Shown: piece after piece, positions 6,105-15,132 of the stretch
How positions within the stretch are numbered: position 1 is the stretch's first letter
Layout: every line of letters starts with the position of its first letter
Assembly: GCA_041649895.1 (NCBI GenBank)
Contig: JBAZMG010000006.1
Coordinates: forward strand, 1 to 23,655
Reading direction: 5' to 3'
DNA: 23,655 nucleotides
Source: Minisyncoccota bacterium
Lineage (GTDB): Bacteria > Patescibacteriota > Minisyncoccia > Minisyncoccales > Minisyncoccaceae
Position numbers and translations under genes: made by a program
Notes under the pieces: model-generated
Database searches by the model: none
Seen by the model: the letters and a program-made list of their open reading frames with translations, nothing else
Told to the model about the DNA's origin: nothing

Positions 6105-7047
6105 AATTAACGCATTTACATTGATAGAACTACTTGTGGTTATTGCAATCATCGGAATTTTATCTGCTTTAATTGTTATCGGGATGAGCTCGACAACGCA
6201 AAAAGCCAGTGTTGCAAAAGCGCAAGTATTTGCGAATTCTCTGCGCAATTCGTTGCTGGCGGATATGGTTTCGGAGTGGAAATTGGATGACGGGACTGGA
6301 AACAGCACCACAAAAGATTCCTGGGCTTCGGCTTTTGCCAATACGGGGACCTTGGGAACAGCGGCAGTAGGGGATGCAAGCGAGCCCACATGGCTAAGTA
6401 CCGGTTGTGTTTCCGGAAACTGTCTTTCGTTTGACGGCGCTGATGATTATGTTGATTTCGGAAATAATGCGTCCCTATCAATGGGAACTAAAGATCATAC
6501 TGTATCACTCTGGGTTAAGTTTGATAATGCAACAGCGCCCGCTCCTAATAATGCGGAAACGCTGGCTCGTTGTGGGGTCCAAGCTGCCGGAGTTGGGCGG
6601 GATGGATATTGGATTTATAGGACTGGGAGTAGTCTATTTTTTTATTTTTCTGATGGTTCGGCGGATAGCATAGGCGGCTCATTATCAGGGTCCGGGACAC
6701 TAATAGCTAACACTTGGTATAACATAGTTGTTGCACTCGATAGAGATATTTCTGCCTATATGTATATAAATGGAGTTAAACAAACAGGCTACTCATTAAA
6801 TATCGTACCACAAAATGGAGACGTACAAAATACATCCTTGTTAATGATTGGGGCAACTTCAGCTGGCTATGGTCGGCTTGACGGTCAAATGGATGAGGTA
6901 AGAATCTTTCACGCTATTACGACAATATCTCAAATAGAGCAGAACTACTTTGCCGGACTGAACAAACTTTTGGCAAACAGGGGAGTGGAAACGTCTGAAT
7001 ATGAGCAAAGAGTCGCGAATTTAACTTCAAACTATGCAAAGAATTAA
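6091..7047 (+). CDS. Pilin-like + LamG-domain protein (paralog 4, subtype B)
   Basis: MQKIKINA|FTLIELLVVIAIIGILSALI; EWKLDDGTGNSTTKDSWAS...CLSFDGADDYVDFG; ATG lies inside the previous gene's NYAEN-stop codons (14-nt overlap). Confidence 0.85.
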   Translation: MQKIKINAFTLIELLVVIAIIGILSALIVIGMSSTTQKASVAKAQVFANSLRNSLLADMVSEWKLDDGTGNSTTKDSWASAFANTGTLGTAAVGDASEPTWLSTGCVSGNCLSFDGADDYVDFGNNASLSMGTKDHTVSLWVKFDNATAPAPNNAETLARCGVQAAGVGRDGYWIYRTGSSLFFYFSDGSADSIGGSLSGSGTLIANTWYNIVVALDRDISAYMYINGVKQTGYSLNIVPQNGDVQNTSLLMIGATSAGYGRLDGQMDEVRIFHAITTISQIEQNYFAGLNKLLANRGVETSEYEQRVANLTSNYAKN

Positions 7048-7978
7048 AATTAACGCATTTACTTTGATAGAACTGTTGGTTGTAATAGCGATCATCGGTA
7101 TTTTATCTGCGTTGATTGTTGTGGGTATGAGCTCGGCGACGCAGAAAGCCAGTGTTGCAAAAGCGCAAGTATTTGCTAATTCTTTGCGGAATTCCTTAAT
7201 GGCGGATATGGTTTCCGAATGGAAATTAGATGACGGAACCGGAAACAGCACAACGAAAGATTCCTGGGCTTCGACTTTTACTAATACCGGGACACTGGGG
7301 ACTGCGACGGTAGGGGATGCAAGCGAGCCCACATGGCTAAGTACTGGTTGCGTTTCTGGAAACTGTCTATCTTTCGATGGAGCTGACGACTATGTTAATT
7401 TTGGCAATAACGCTTCATTGAGTATGGGAACAAAAGATCACACAATATCTTTATGGGTTGAATTTATTAATCCAACGGCACTGCAAGATGAAACAATGAT
7501 TCGCACGGGAGCTGGCGGTAGTGGAGCTGGCTATTGGATTTATAGATTTACCGGAACAAATAAATTAAGGTTTCTTTTTCATGACGGAGTTGGTTCGCAG
7601 GCATCCGGATATTTGTCGGCGGATGGCACATTAGTTGCTGGTATTTGGTATAATATAGCTATAATAATGGATAGGGATTCCAATGCCCAAGCTTATATAA
7701 ACGGGCAAATACAAACCAGTTACCCAATAGTTATATCTGGAAACCAAGGAACTATACAAAATGTTACAAATCTAATGGTTGGAGCGCAAGACGCGTCAAC
7801 ACGACGGCTTACCGGCAAAATGGATGAAGTAAAAATATTTCACGCAATACCGTCAATCTCCCAAATTCAACAAAACTATTACGCCGGACTGAACAAACTT
7901 TTGGCAAAAAGAGGGGTGGAAACATCAGAATATGAGCAAAGAGTCGCGGATTTAATTTCAAACTACGCAAAAGAATAA
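7034..7978 (+). CDS. Pilin-like + LamG-domain protein (paralog 5, subtype B)
   Basis: MQRIKINA|FTLIELLVVIAIIGILSALI; same architecture; 14-nt overlap with paralog 4. Confidence 0.85.
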   Translation: MQRIKINAFTLIELLVVIAIIGILSALIVVGMSSATQKASVAKAQVFANSLRNSLMADMVSEWKLDDGTGNSTTKDSWASTFTNTGTLGTATVGDASEPTWLSTGCVSGNCLSFDGADDYVNFGNNASLSMGTKDHTISLWVEFINPTALQDETMIRTGAGGSGAGYWIYRFTGTNKLRFLFHDGVGSQASGYLSADGTLVAGIWYNIAIIMDRDSNAQAYINGQIQTSYPIVISGNQGTIQNVTNLMVGAQDASTRRLTGKMDEVKIFHAIPSISQIQQNYYAGLNKLLAKRGVETSEYEQRVADLISNYAKE

Positions 7979-8005
7979 TGTTCGGGTATTCGATACCCAG
8001 ACATT
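7977..8005. repeat. Intergenic palindrome type 1 (one mismatch, one G-U)
   Basis: AATGTTCGGGTAT-TCG-ATACCCAGACATT. Confidence 0.75.
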
Positions 8006-8010
8006 GAAAA

Positions 8011-8955
8011 ATGATGAATAGAAATATAAAAACAAATTTGGCATTTACGTTGATTGAGCTATTGGTCGTAATAGCGATTATTGGTATTCTTTCGGCTTTG
8101 ATCGTTATTGGGATGAGCTCGACAACTCAAAAAGCTAGTGTTGCCAAGGGCCAAGTATTTGCTAATTCTTTACGCAATTCGTTAATGTCAGATATGGTCT
8201 CGGAGTGGAAATTGGATGGAAACACTAACGACACTTGGGCGGCCTCGTACGCGAACAACGGAACTTGGTCAGGTCCAACCGCGCCAAACACAGTCGCTAC
8301 TTATGGACCGGCAGCTGAATGCGTTTCCGGACAATGTATGGATTTTGATGGAGTGGACGATTTAGTTGATTTTGGAAATAACGCTTCGCTATCAATGGGA
8401 ACAAAAGATCACACAGTCTCTTTATGGATTAAGTTTGACAATGCAACAGCCCCACAACACGAAGTTTTGATTATTAGTGGCGGCAACATTGTTGCTCCTG
8501 GATATGCTGGTTATGATATTTTAAGATACACCGGAATGAGTCGACTATATGTTGAATTTTCCGATGGCTCGGCAAATAATGTCGGTGCCTATTTATCCGC
8601 ATCGGGAACATTAGTATCTAATATTTGGTATAATATAGTAGTAATTTTTGACAGAGACGGAGTTGCCAAGGCATATATTAACGGATTGTCACAGGCGGGA
8701 ACATTAAATATATCGGTTCAACCGGGCAATGTACAAAATATTTACAACTTAAGGTTGGGGGCGTGGACACCGTCCCAATTTCGTCTTGCTGGTAAAATGG
8801 ATGAAGTGAGAATATTTCACGCGATAACAACACTTTCCCAAATTCAGCAAAACTACTACGCGGGACTGAACAAGCTTTTTGCAAACAGGGGAGTGGAAAC
8901 ATCCGAATATCAACAAAGGATCGTAGAATTAAATTCGAATTATGCAAAGAATTAA
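8011..8955 (+). CDS. Pilin-like + LamG-domain protein (paralog 6, subtype A); start may be 8014
   Basis: M(M)NRNIKTNLA|FTLIELLVVIAIIGILSALI; N-terminal ~150 aa near-identical to paralog 2; preceded by palindrome 7977-8005. Confidence 0.85.
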   Translation: MMNRNIKTNLAFTLIELLVVIAIIGILSALIVIGMSSTTQKASVAKGQVFANSLRNSLMSDMVSEWKLDGNTNDTWAASYANNGTWSGPTAPNTVATYGPAAECVSGQCMDFDGVDDLVDFGNNASLSMGTKDHTVSLWIKFDNATAPQHEVLIISGGNIVAPGYAGYDILRYTGMSRLYVEFSDGSANNVGAYLSASGTLVSNIWYNIVVIFDRDGVAKAYINGLSQAGTLNISVQPGNVQNIYNLRLGAWTPSQFRLAGKMDEVRIFHAITTLSQIQQNYYAGLNKLFANRGVETSEYQQRIVELNSNYAKN

Positions 8956-9895
8956 AATCAACGCATTCACATTAATAGAACTACTTGTGGTTATTGCAAT
9001 CATCGGGATTTTGTCTGCATTAATTATCATTGGGATGAGCTCGACAACACAGAAAGCTAGTGTTGCCAAGGCGCAAGTGTTCGCTAATTCTCTACGTAAT
9101 TCATTGATGTCGGATATGGTTTCGGAGTGGAAGCTTGATGATGGGACAGGAAACAGCACAACGAAAGATTCCTGGGCTTCGACTTTTACAAATACGGGGA
9201 CCTTGGGAACCGCAGCAGTGGGGGATGCAAGCGAGCCCACATGGCTAAGTACTGGTTGCGTTTCCGGAAACTGTCTTTCTTTTGACGGCACCGACGATTA
9301 TGTTGATTTTGGGAGCAATGCGTCTTTATCTATGGGGACTAAAGACCATACTGCGTCATTCTGGGTTAAATTTGATAATGCGGTAGCAATAGAAAATAAT
9401 ACACTGATTAAATGCGGGGCCTTCGGCGCCTCTCTTGGATCAGACGGATACTGGCTTGTTAGATTAAACGGTACAAACAAACTATATTGTTATTTCTCCG
9501 ACGGAGAAACAACAACATTGCTTGGTAATTATTTATCCGCGGATGGTTCTTTGGTTGCCGATACTTGGTACAATATTGTTGTAATGTTCGACAGGAGCGG
9601 AGTGGCTCAAGCATACATAAATGGCGTAATACAATCAGGAACACTAAACATATCATCACAAACAGGAGACGTGCAAAATAGTAGAAGTTTTACTATTGGA
9701 GCCTGGTCAGCAACACTACATCGATCCGCTGGCAAAATGGACGAAGTACGAATATTCCACGCGATTACGACACTTTCTCAAATTCAACAAAACTACTTCG
9801 CAGGACTGAACAAACTTTTGGCTAATGGGGAAGTGGAAACATCAGAATACCAACAACGCTTAACTGAATTATCAAACAATTACGCACGGGATTAA
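8942..9895 (+). CDS. Pilin-like + LamG-domain protein (paralog 7, subtype B N-terminus with the paralog-2 type C-terminus)
   Basis: MQRIKINA|FTLIELL...; the last 64 nt of the CDS plus the downstream hairpin are 100% identical to 5113-5210. Confidence 0.85.
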   Translation: MQRIKINAFTLIELLVVIAIIGILSALIIIGMSSTTQKASVAKAQVFANSLRNSLMSDMVSEWKLDDGTGNSTTKDSWASTFTNTGTLGTAAVGDASEPTWLSTGCVSGNCLSFDGTDDYVDFGSNASLSMGTKDHTASFWVKFDNAVAIENNTLIKCGAFGASLGSDGYWLVRLNGTNKLYCYFSDGETTTLLGNYLSADGSLVADTWYNIVVMFDRSGVAQAYINGVIQSGTLNISSQTGDVQNSRSFTIGAWSATLHRSAGKMDEVRIFHAITTLSQIQQNYFAGLNKLLANGEVETSEYQQRLTELSNNYARD

Positions 9896-9925
9896 AATGT
9901 TTGGGGGTTAAACCCCCAAACATTT
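9895..9925. repeat. Intergenic palindrome type 2 (identical to 5176-5206)
   Basis: AAATGTTTGGGGG-TTAAA-CCCCCAAACATTT. Confidence 0.8.
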
Positions 9926-9931
9926 AAAACA

Positions 9932-10870
9932 ATGAATAGAAATATAAAAACAAAATTGGCATTTACATTGATAGAATTATTGGTCGTGATTGCAATCATC
10001 GGGATACTTTCGGCTTTGATCATTATTGGGATGAGTTCGACGACACAGAAAGCTAGTGTTGCCAAATCGCAGGTGTTTGCCAATTCATTGCGCAATTCTT
10101 TGATGGCGGATATGGTTTCAGAATGGAAATTGGACGGGAATACTAACGATACTTGGGCGTCTTCAAATGCGAACAACGGAACGTGGTCGGGACCAACCGC
10201 GCCGAATGCCGTCGCTACTTACGGGACGGCAGCCGAATGCGTCTCCGGACAATGTATGGATTTTGACGGTGTGGATGATGTAGTTGATTTTGGAAATAAC
10301 GCTTCGTTATCAATGGGAACAAAAGATCACACAGTCTCTATTTGGGTTAAATTCGATAACGCATCACCCCCAACAGAAGAAGAAACATTAATTTTTTGCG
10401 GCGGAACAGTGGCCGCGACAGAAGGCTATTGGATCAGGAGACAAATTGGAGGAACAGGAATTTATTTTTGTTTTAACGATGGCTCGGCAACAAGGGCTAA
10501 CGGTGCTTTATCAGCGAACGGAACTTTAATTAATAATATTTGGTATAATATAGTAATAACAATGGACAGAGATTCTAATGCCCAAGCATATATAAATGGA
10601 CAAAAACAAACTGGTTATGTTGTTAGTCTCTCCTCTTGGCAAACCGACATACAGAATACTTATAATTTCCAAATTGGTGGATTTGGAGCTGTTTATACAA
10701 TGGCGGGAAAAATTGATGAAGTAAGAATATTCAATGCGATAACAACACTTTCTCAAATTCAACAAAATTACTTTGCAGGACTGAACAAACTTTTTACCAA
10801 CAAGGGAGTGGAACCGTCTGAATACCAAAAAGAGGTCACGAATTTAATTTCAAACCATGCAAAGAATTAA
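9932..10870 (+). CDS. Pilin-like + LamG-domain protein (paralog 8, subtype A)
   Basis: MNRNIKTKLA|FTLIELLVVIAIIGILSALI; preceded by palindrome 9895-9925. Confidence 0.85.
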   Translation: MNRNIKTKLAFTLIELLVVIAIIGILSALIIIGMSSTTQKASVAKSQVFANSLRNSLMADMVSEWKLDGNTNDTWASSNANNGTWSGPTAPNAVATYGTAAECVSGQCMDFDGVDDVVDFGNNASLSMGTKDHTVSIWVKFDNASPPTEEETLIFCGGTVAATEGYWIRRQIGGTGIYFCFNDGSATRANGALSANGTLINNIWYNIVITMDRDSNAQAYINGQKQTGYVVSLSSWQTDIQNTYNFQIGGFGAVYTMAGKIDEVRIFNAITTLSQIQQNYFAGLNKLFTNKGVEPSEYQKEVTNLISNHAKN

Positions 10871-11816
10871 CAAAGCATTTACATTAATTGAGCTATTGGT
10901 TGTGATAGCGATTATTGGTATTCTTTCGGCTTTGATCGTTATTGGGATGAGCTCAACAACACAGAAAGCCAGTGTTGCCAAGGCGCAAGTGTTTGCGAAT
11001 TCTCTGCGCAATTCGTTGCTGGCGGATATGGTTTCGGAGTGGAAATTGGATGACGGGACTGGAAACAGCACCACAAAAGATTCGTGGGCTTCGGTTTATG
11101 CCAATACGGGAACATTGGGAACAGCGGCGGTGGGGGACGCGAGCGAGCCAACATGGCTAAGTACCGGTTGCGTTTCCGGAAACTGCCTTGATTTTGACGG
11201 CGCTGACGATTATGTTGATTTTGGAAGCAATGCGTCTTTATCTATGGGGACTAAAGACCATATTGCGTCATTCTGGGTTAAATTTGATAATGCAGTGGCG
11301 GGCGCGCAACCCGAAACGCTAATAGTTTGCGGTTCAGTTACCGGTGGGGCGACTGGAGACGATGGTTATTGGATTGTACGCTATCAAGGAACAAGCAAAA
11401 TAAGAGGATATTTTTCTGATGGTTCGGCGGCATATATCGGCGGAGATTTATCTGCTAATAGTGTTTTTGTCGCTAATACTTGGTATAACATAGTAACAAC
11501 TTTTGATAGAGATGGAGTTGTTCAGGCATATGTTAATGGATTAAAACAAACGGGTTATTCAATAAACATTGCTCCTCAACAAGGAGATGTACAAAATTAT
11601 ATGAATTTGCGAATTGGAGCCTATTCGGCAACCGGACACCGTCTCGATGGTCAAATGGATGAGGTAAGAATCTTTCACGCCATAACAACGCTGTCTCAAA
11701 TAAAGCAAAACTATTACGCAGGACTGAACAAACTTTTTGCCAAAAACTCCCTAAATAGGGTAGAATATGAGTATAGGATGGCGGAATTACAAACTTCATC
11801 TTTAGCAAACAAATGA
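10857..11816 (+). CDS. Pilin-like + LamG-domain protein (paralog 9, subtype B, divergent C-terminal tail)
   Basis: MQRINKA|FTLIELLVVIAIIGILSALI; 14-nt overlap with paralog 8; its TGA stop overlaps the next gene's ATG (ATGA at 11813-11816). Confidence 0.85.
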   Translation: MQRINKAFTLIELLVVIAIIGILSALIVIGMSSTTQKASVAKAQVFANSLRNSLLADMVSEWKLDDGTGNSTTKDSWASVYANTGTLGTAAVGDASEPTWLSTGCVSGNCLDFDGADDYVDFGSNASLSMGTKDHIASFWVKFDNAVAGAQPETLIVCGSVTGGATGDDGYWIVRYQGTSKIRGYFSDGSAAYIGGDLSANSVFVANTWYNIVTTFDRDGVVQAYVNGLKQTGYSINIAPQQGDVQNYMNLRIGAYSATGHRLDGQMDEVRIFHAITTLSQIKQNYYAGLNKLFAKNSLNRVEYEYRMAELQTSSLANK

Positions 11817-12370
11817 TGCCTTATTTATTAGCTATTGCCTTATTCTTTCTTCCGGCTTACGTGGCGAATACCACGCCGCCTTTGGCAAACCGATTTAATA
11901 TTCTAAACAGCTTGTATAAGCCGATAGACAACAACAAGACAATAAACGGAATGCCGATCTTAGGCACACACAAAAGCTGGCGGGGATTGGTTTTGGAAAT
12001 CATATTCTGTACTGTCCTAACAGGAGCGATGTTTATTCTAAACAAGCAGTTCGGGTGGGGGATTTATGAATCACTCGGATTCGCCTACGAAAAGATCAAT
12101 GGCTTTGTTTTCGGTCTGATCTTTGGCGTTGGTATAGTTTTTGGCGATCTACTCTTCGCCTTTATCAAGCGCAGACTGCGCCTTAGGCCCGGGTTTCCTT
12201 TTATCCCGTTCGATCAGATCAACTATGTTATCGGTGCCTTTATTTTCACCGAACCAATCGCGCATTTGGGAATAAAGTTTTGGATCATTCTTGCCGGAAT
12301 AACCCTGATTATACACATTGTTTTCAATCGTCTTGGGTATAATATGGGGTTGCACAAAGCAAAATGGTAA
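11813..12370 (+). CDS. carS: CDP-archaeol synthase family protein (CarS / DUF46-like CDP-alcohol-forming cytidylyltransferase)
   Basis: 185-aa membrane ORF. By recollection of archaeal CarS it aligns block by block: FLPAYVANTTPPL, PIDNNKTINGMPILGTHKSWRGL, FGDLLFAFIKRRLRLRPGFPFIPFDQINYVIGA, C-terminal HIVFNRLGYNMGLHKAKW. Confidence 0.8.
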   Translation: MMPYLLAIALFFLPAYVANTTPPLANRFNILNSLYKPIDNNKTINGMPILGTHKSWRGLVLEIIFCTVLTGAMFILNKQFGWGIYESLGFAYEKINGFVFGLIFGVGIVFGDLLFAFIKRRLRLRPGFPFIPFDQINYVIGAFIFTEPIAHLGIKFWIILAGITLIIHIVFNRLGYNMGLHKAKW

Positions 12371-12391
12371 TATAAGATTAAAAAGCAACGC

Positions 12392-12413
12392 CCCTACCAT
12401 ATATATGGTAGGG
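12392..12413. terminator. Perfect 22-bp palindrome after carS (possible terminator, no T-tract on + strand)
   Basis: CCCTACCATAT/ATATGGTAGGG. Confidence 0.3.
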
Positions 12414-12471
12414 CATAAAAACCGCCTTCGCCCCGAGCTAACCAAAAGCTACGGCGAGGCGCAGAAATATT

Positions 12472-13155
12472 ATGCAAAATCTATTTAATATAATTTCCGC
12501 GAGTGCCGAGCGAACATTATCAATGTTAACGCAAAATTTAGTCACAAACGCCGCAAATTTGATCGGTGCTGTTTTGGTATTTATTATCGGCTGGCTTATC
12601 GCGAAGAAAATAAAGGGATTCTTCACCGACCTTTTAAACAAGATCCGCCTGAACCAAATGGCGAAATCTCTGGGATGGGAACCGTTTTTTGACAAATATG
12701 ACACTCGCCTCAATGTCCCAAAATTTTTCGGAGCGATCATTGAATTATTTTTTGTTTTACTGTTTTTAACAATTTCTTTTGACATCTTGGGCCTAGCGCA
12801 AGTAAACGCATTCCTTTTGACAATCATCAATTATTTCCCGAACATCTTTATTTCAATGCTGATCTTTATCTTCGCGGTGTTTGTTGCCGACTTTTCAAAA
12901 AAGATCGTGCTCGTCAGCTTGAACAAAGAAAAAATAACCTATTCGGGAATATTGGGCGACAGCATTGCCTGGATCACGTGGATTATGGCGATACTCGCCA
13001 TCCTGTATCAATTAAATATAGTCCCGACAATAGTGCTGACTATATTTATTGGATTCGTCGCCTTGATTGTTATTGTTTTTGGATTGGCATTCGGATTGGG
13101 CGGAAGGGAATTTGCTAAAAAAATATTAGAAGACTTGGAGAACCGGGCACGATAA
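12472..13155 (+). CDS. Membrane protein with conserved TM-helix repeats (MscS-N-terminal-like); function unknown
   Basis: 227-aa ORF with 4-5 hydrophobic segments; NLIGAVLVFIIGWLIAKKI-type helix followed by a basic linker, repeated. Confidence 0.45.
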   Translation: MQNLFNIISASAERTLSMLTQNLVTNAANLIGAVLVFIIGWLIAKKIKGFFTDLLNKIRLNQMAKSLGWEPFFDKYDTRLNVPKFFGAIIELFFVLLFLTISFDILGLAQVNAFLLTIINYFPNIFISMLIFIFAVFVADFSKKIVLVSLNKEKITYSGILGDSIAWITWIMAILAILYQLNIVPTIVLTIFIGFVALIVIVFGLAFGLGGREFAKKILEDLENRAR

Positions 13156-13189
13156 TAAAATAGAGGAAAAGCATGGGCGATTCCTCTTT

Positions 13190-15001
13190 TTGATATTTAT
13201 GGATACAATAACGTACAAAGAACTACAAAAAATGATCCTCTTTTCCGGGGAGAGGGTTAATAGAGATAAAGAACAAATAAACAAGATCAATGTATTTCCG
13301 GTTCCGGACCAGGACACGGGCTCTAATTTGGCTGCGACATTAAAGGGAATAAAAGAAGCGATTGAAGGCAAAGAATTCGGCTCAATGGAAGAATTCGCGA
13401 ACACCGTTTTGGACAGCGCCCTGACTGCGGCGCAAGGCAATGCCGGAATTATTTACACCGGATTTTTGGCCGGGTTTTTGCCCGCGATAAGCGACGTGGA
13501 AGAAGTTGATGCCAAAAAGCTTGGCAATGCTTTTAAGCTCGGATACGAGCGAGCAAAAGACTCAATCCAAAATCCGAAAGAGGGAACTATTTTAGATGTT
13601 GTCCACGCTTTTGCCGAAACTTTTAACGAGTTATCAGAAGAAAAAGAAGATATCATCGAAATATTTTACGAATCTTTCGGGAAGGCCAACCAGGCCCTGC
13701 TTGATACGCCGAATAAAATGGAATTACTGAAAAAGGCCGGCGTGGTTGATGCCGGGGGATTGGGATTTTTAATGATCCTTGAAACCTACCTTGATACGCT
13801 AAAGGAACAGACCGTGGAAAAGGTCGCGGCAAAACCCTTCCTTGCTCCGGGCGAAGAATCAGCCACGAGAAAGTTCGTCCAAATTCTATCAAACCGATAC
13901 GAAGTGGTCGCCCTGTTGGCAAATCCGAACTTAAAAGAAAAAGAGATCAGGGACAAACTGAAAAATCTGGGCAATTGCCTTGATATTATCCAAATCGCGA
14001 ACCGAATAAAGATACACATCCACACCGATGACCCTTATGAGACCAGAGATATTATTTCCAATATGGGTACGGTCGAAAATCTGAGAATTCAGGATATGGC
14101 GAGGGAAGTGGTGGGAGAAGAGTCGATGGAAAACGTTTCCATCGGCATTGTAATCGATGAACGCGCGGGATTGAGCCAAAAAATAATCCAGCATTATGAT
14201 ATTGAAGTAATCCCGTTCCGTATCACCTGGCCGGAAGAACAAAACTTGCCCGGGCACAACGTGTGCGAAAAAATAAAAGAAGCGAAAAAGAAGGGATTGA
14301 ACACCAAACCGAAGATCTCTTCCATTTCTCCGGAATTCTTTATGGAATCGTACAAAAAACAATTGGAAAAATTTGAAACTATTATCTGCATTGTCAGTAG
14401 CTCCAAACTTTCCGACAACTACAATTCCGCCCTGAAAGCGCGGGAAATGCTAAATTGGAATATGAGAGAAAGGGTTTTTGTCGTTGATTCGAAAAACATC
14501 AGCGCCGGACAATCCCTTGTGGTTTTGGAAGCGATCGAGCTCATCCGGGAACAGAGAAAAATAAAAGAAATAAAAGAACGCTTGGAAGTGGCGATTCCTC
14601 AGATCAATCTGCTCGGCATTTTAAAAAACGCGGCGTGGTGGAAAAAAGACAATCCGACCGCGAAGTTTTGGTTTACCAAAGAAAAACCGCAAGATTCTTT
14701 TTGGCTCATAGAAACAAAAGATGGAAAAATCAATCCAACGGAAAAAGTAAGATCAAATGATTTCGCCGACGTCTTGTTCAAAAAAATAGAACGGGCCGCG
14801 CGAAGAGACTTGCGAGAAGGTAAAAAGATCAGAGTGGTTATCGCGCACGCCGACAGCCTGGATCAAGCGGAAAAGCTCAAAGAAAAATTAAAGACCACGA
14901 AACGGGCTGATATTTCCTTTATCAGTATCACAGATCCGGTCACAAGCATAAACGCTTGCCCGGACAGCCTTATAGTGGCGTGGATCGTTCACCCGAGTTA
15001 A
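13190..15001 (+). CDS. DAK2-domain protein of the YloV/FakA (fatty acid kinase) type with a C-terminal DegV-like domain; start may be 13199
   Basis: NVFPVPDQDTGSNLAATL and KKAGVVDAGGLGFLMILE (Dak2/YloV hallmarks). The C-terminal half (from VSIGIVIDERAGL) is paralogous to the two downstream DegV genes. Confidence 0.75.
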   Translation: MIFMDTITYKELQKMILFSGERVNRDKEQINKINVFPVPDQDTGSNLAATLKGIKEAIEGKEFGSMEEFANTVLDSALTAAQGNAGIIYTGFLAGFLPAISDVEEVDAKKLGNAFKLGYERAKDSIQNPKEGTILDVVHAFAETFNELSEEKEDIIEIFYESFGKANQALLDTPNKMELLKKAGVVDAGGLGFLMILETYLDTLKEQTVEKVAAKPFLAPGEESATRKFVQILSNRYEVVALLANPNLKEKEIRDKLKNLGNCLDIIQIANRIKIHIHTDDPYETRDIISNMGTVENLRIQDMAREVVGEESMENVSIGIVIDERAGLSQKIIQHYDIEVIPFRITWPEEQNLPGHNVCEKIKEAKKKGLNTKPKISSISPEFFMESYKKQLEKFETIICIVSSSKLSDNYNSALKAREMLNWNMRERVFVVDSKNISAGQSLVVLEAIELIREQRKIKEIKERLEVAIPQINLLGILKNAAWWKKDNPTAKFWFTKEKPQDSFWLIETKDGKINPTEKVRSNDFADVLFKKIERAARRDLREGKKIRVVIAHADSLDQAEKLKEKLKTTKRADISFISITDPVTSINACPDSLIVAWIVHPS

Positions 15002-15051
15002 ACAATTTTGCTTTGCAAAATTAGCGCATAGCGCTGTTTAACCGGGTAAAA

Positions 15052-15086
15052 TAAGAATAAAGAATCAGGAATCAAGAATTAAGAAT
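15052..15086 (+). repeat. Five in-phase heptamer repeats NARGAAT upstream of the first degV gene
   Basis: TAAGAAT AAAGAAT CAGGAAT CAAGAAT TAAGAAT. Confidence 0.7.
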
Positions 15087-15132
15087 AAAAACAGGGAACG
15101 ATTCCAATTCATAAAAATTAGATATTAAATCA

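Noticed and set aside
3242-11074. A conserved ~75-120 aa antisense ORF overlapping the 5' end of every pilin gene except paralog 6 (3242-3556, 4117-4485, 5189-5503, 6078-6389, 7027-7332, 8929-9291, 9892-10176, 10850-11074, minus strand)
   Set aside because: They are mirror images of the most conserved sense-strand segment (the hydrophobic pilin helix). Their conservation follows from sense-strand constraint. Starts and lengths are inconsistent, and the products are low-complexity (…ITTSSSINVNA…). They are treated as shadow ORFs.
3321-11816. Diversity-generating retroelement (DGR) as the source of the variable central LamG segments
   Set aside because: The window has no reverse transcriptase ORF, no template repeat/variable repeat pair and no adenine-specific substitution pattern. 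The differences include indels and are spread over the whole central region. A DGR elsewhere in the genome cannot be excluded.
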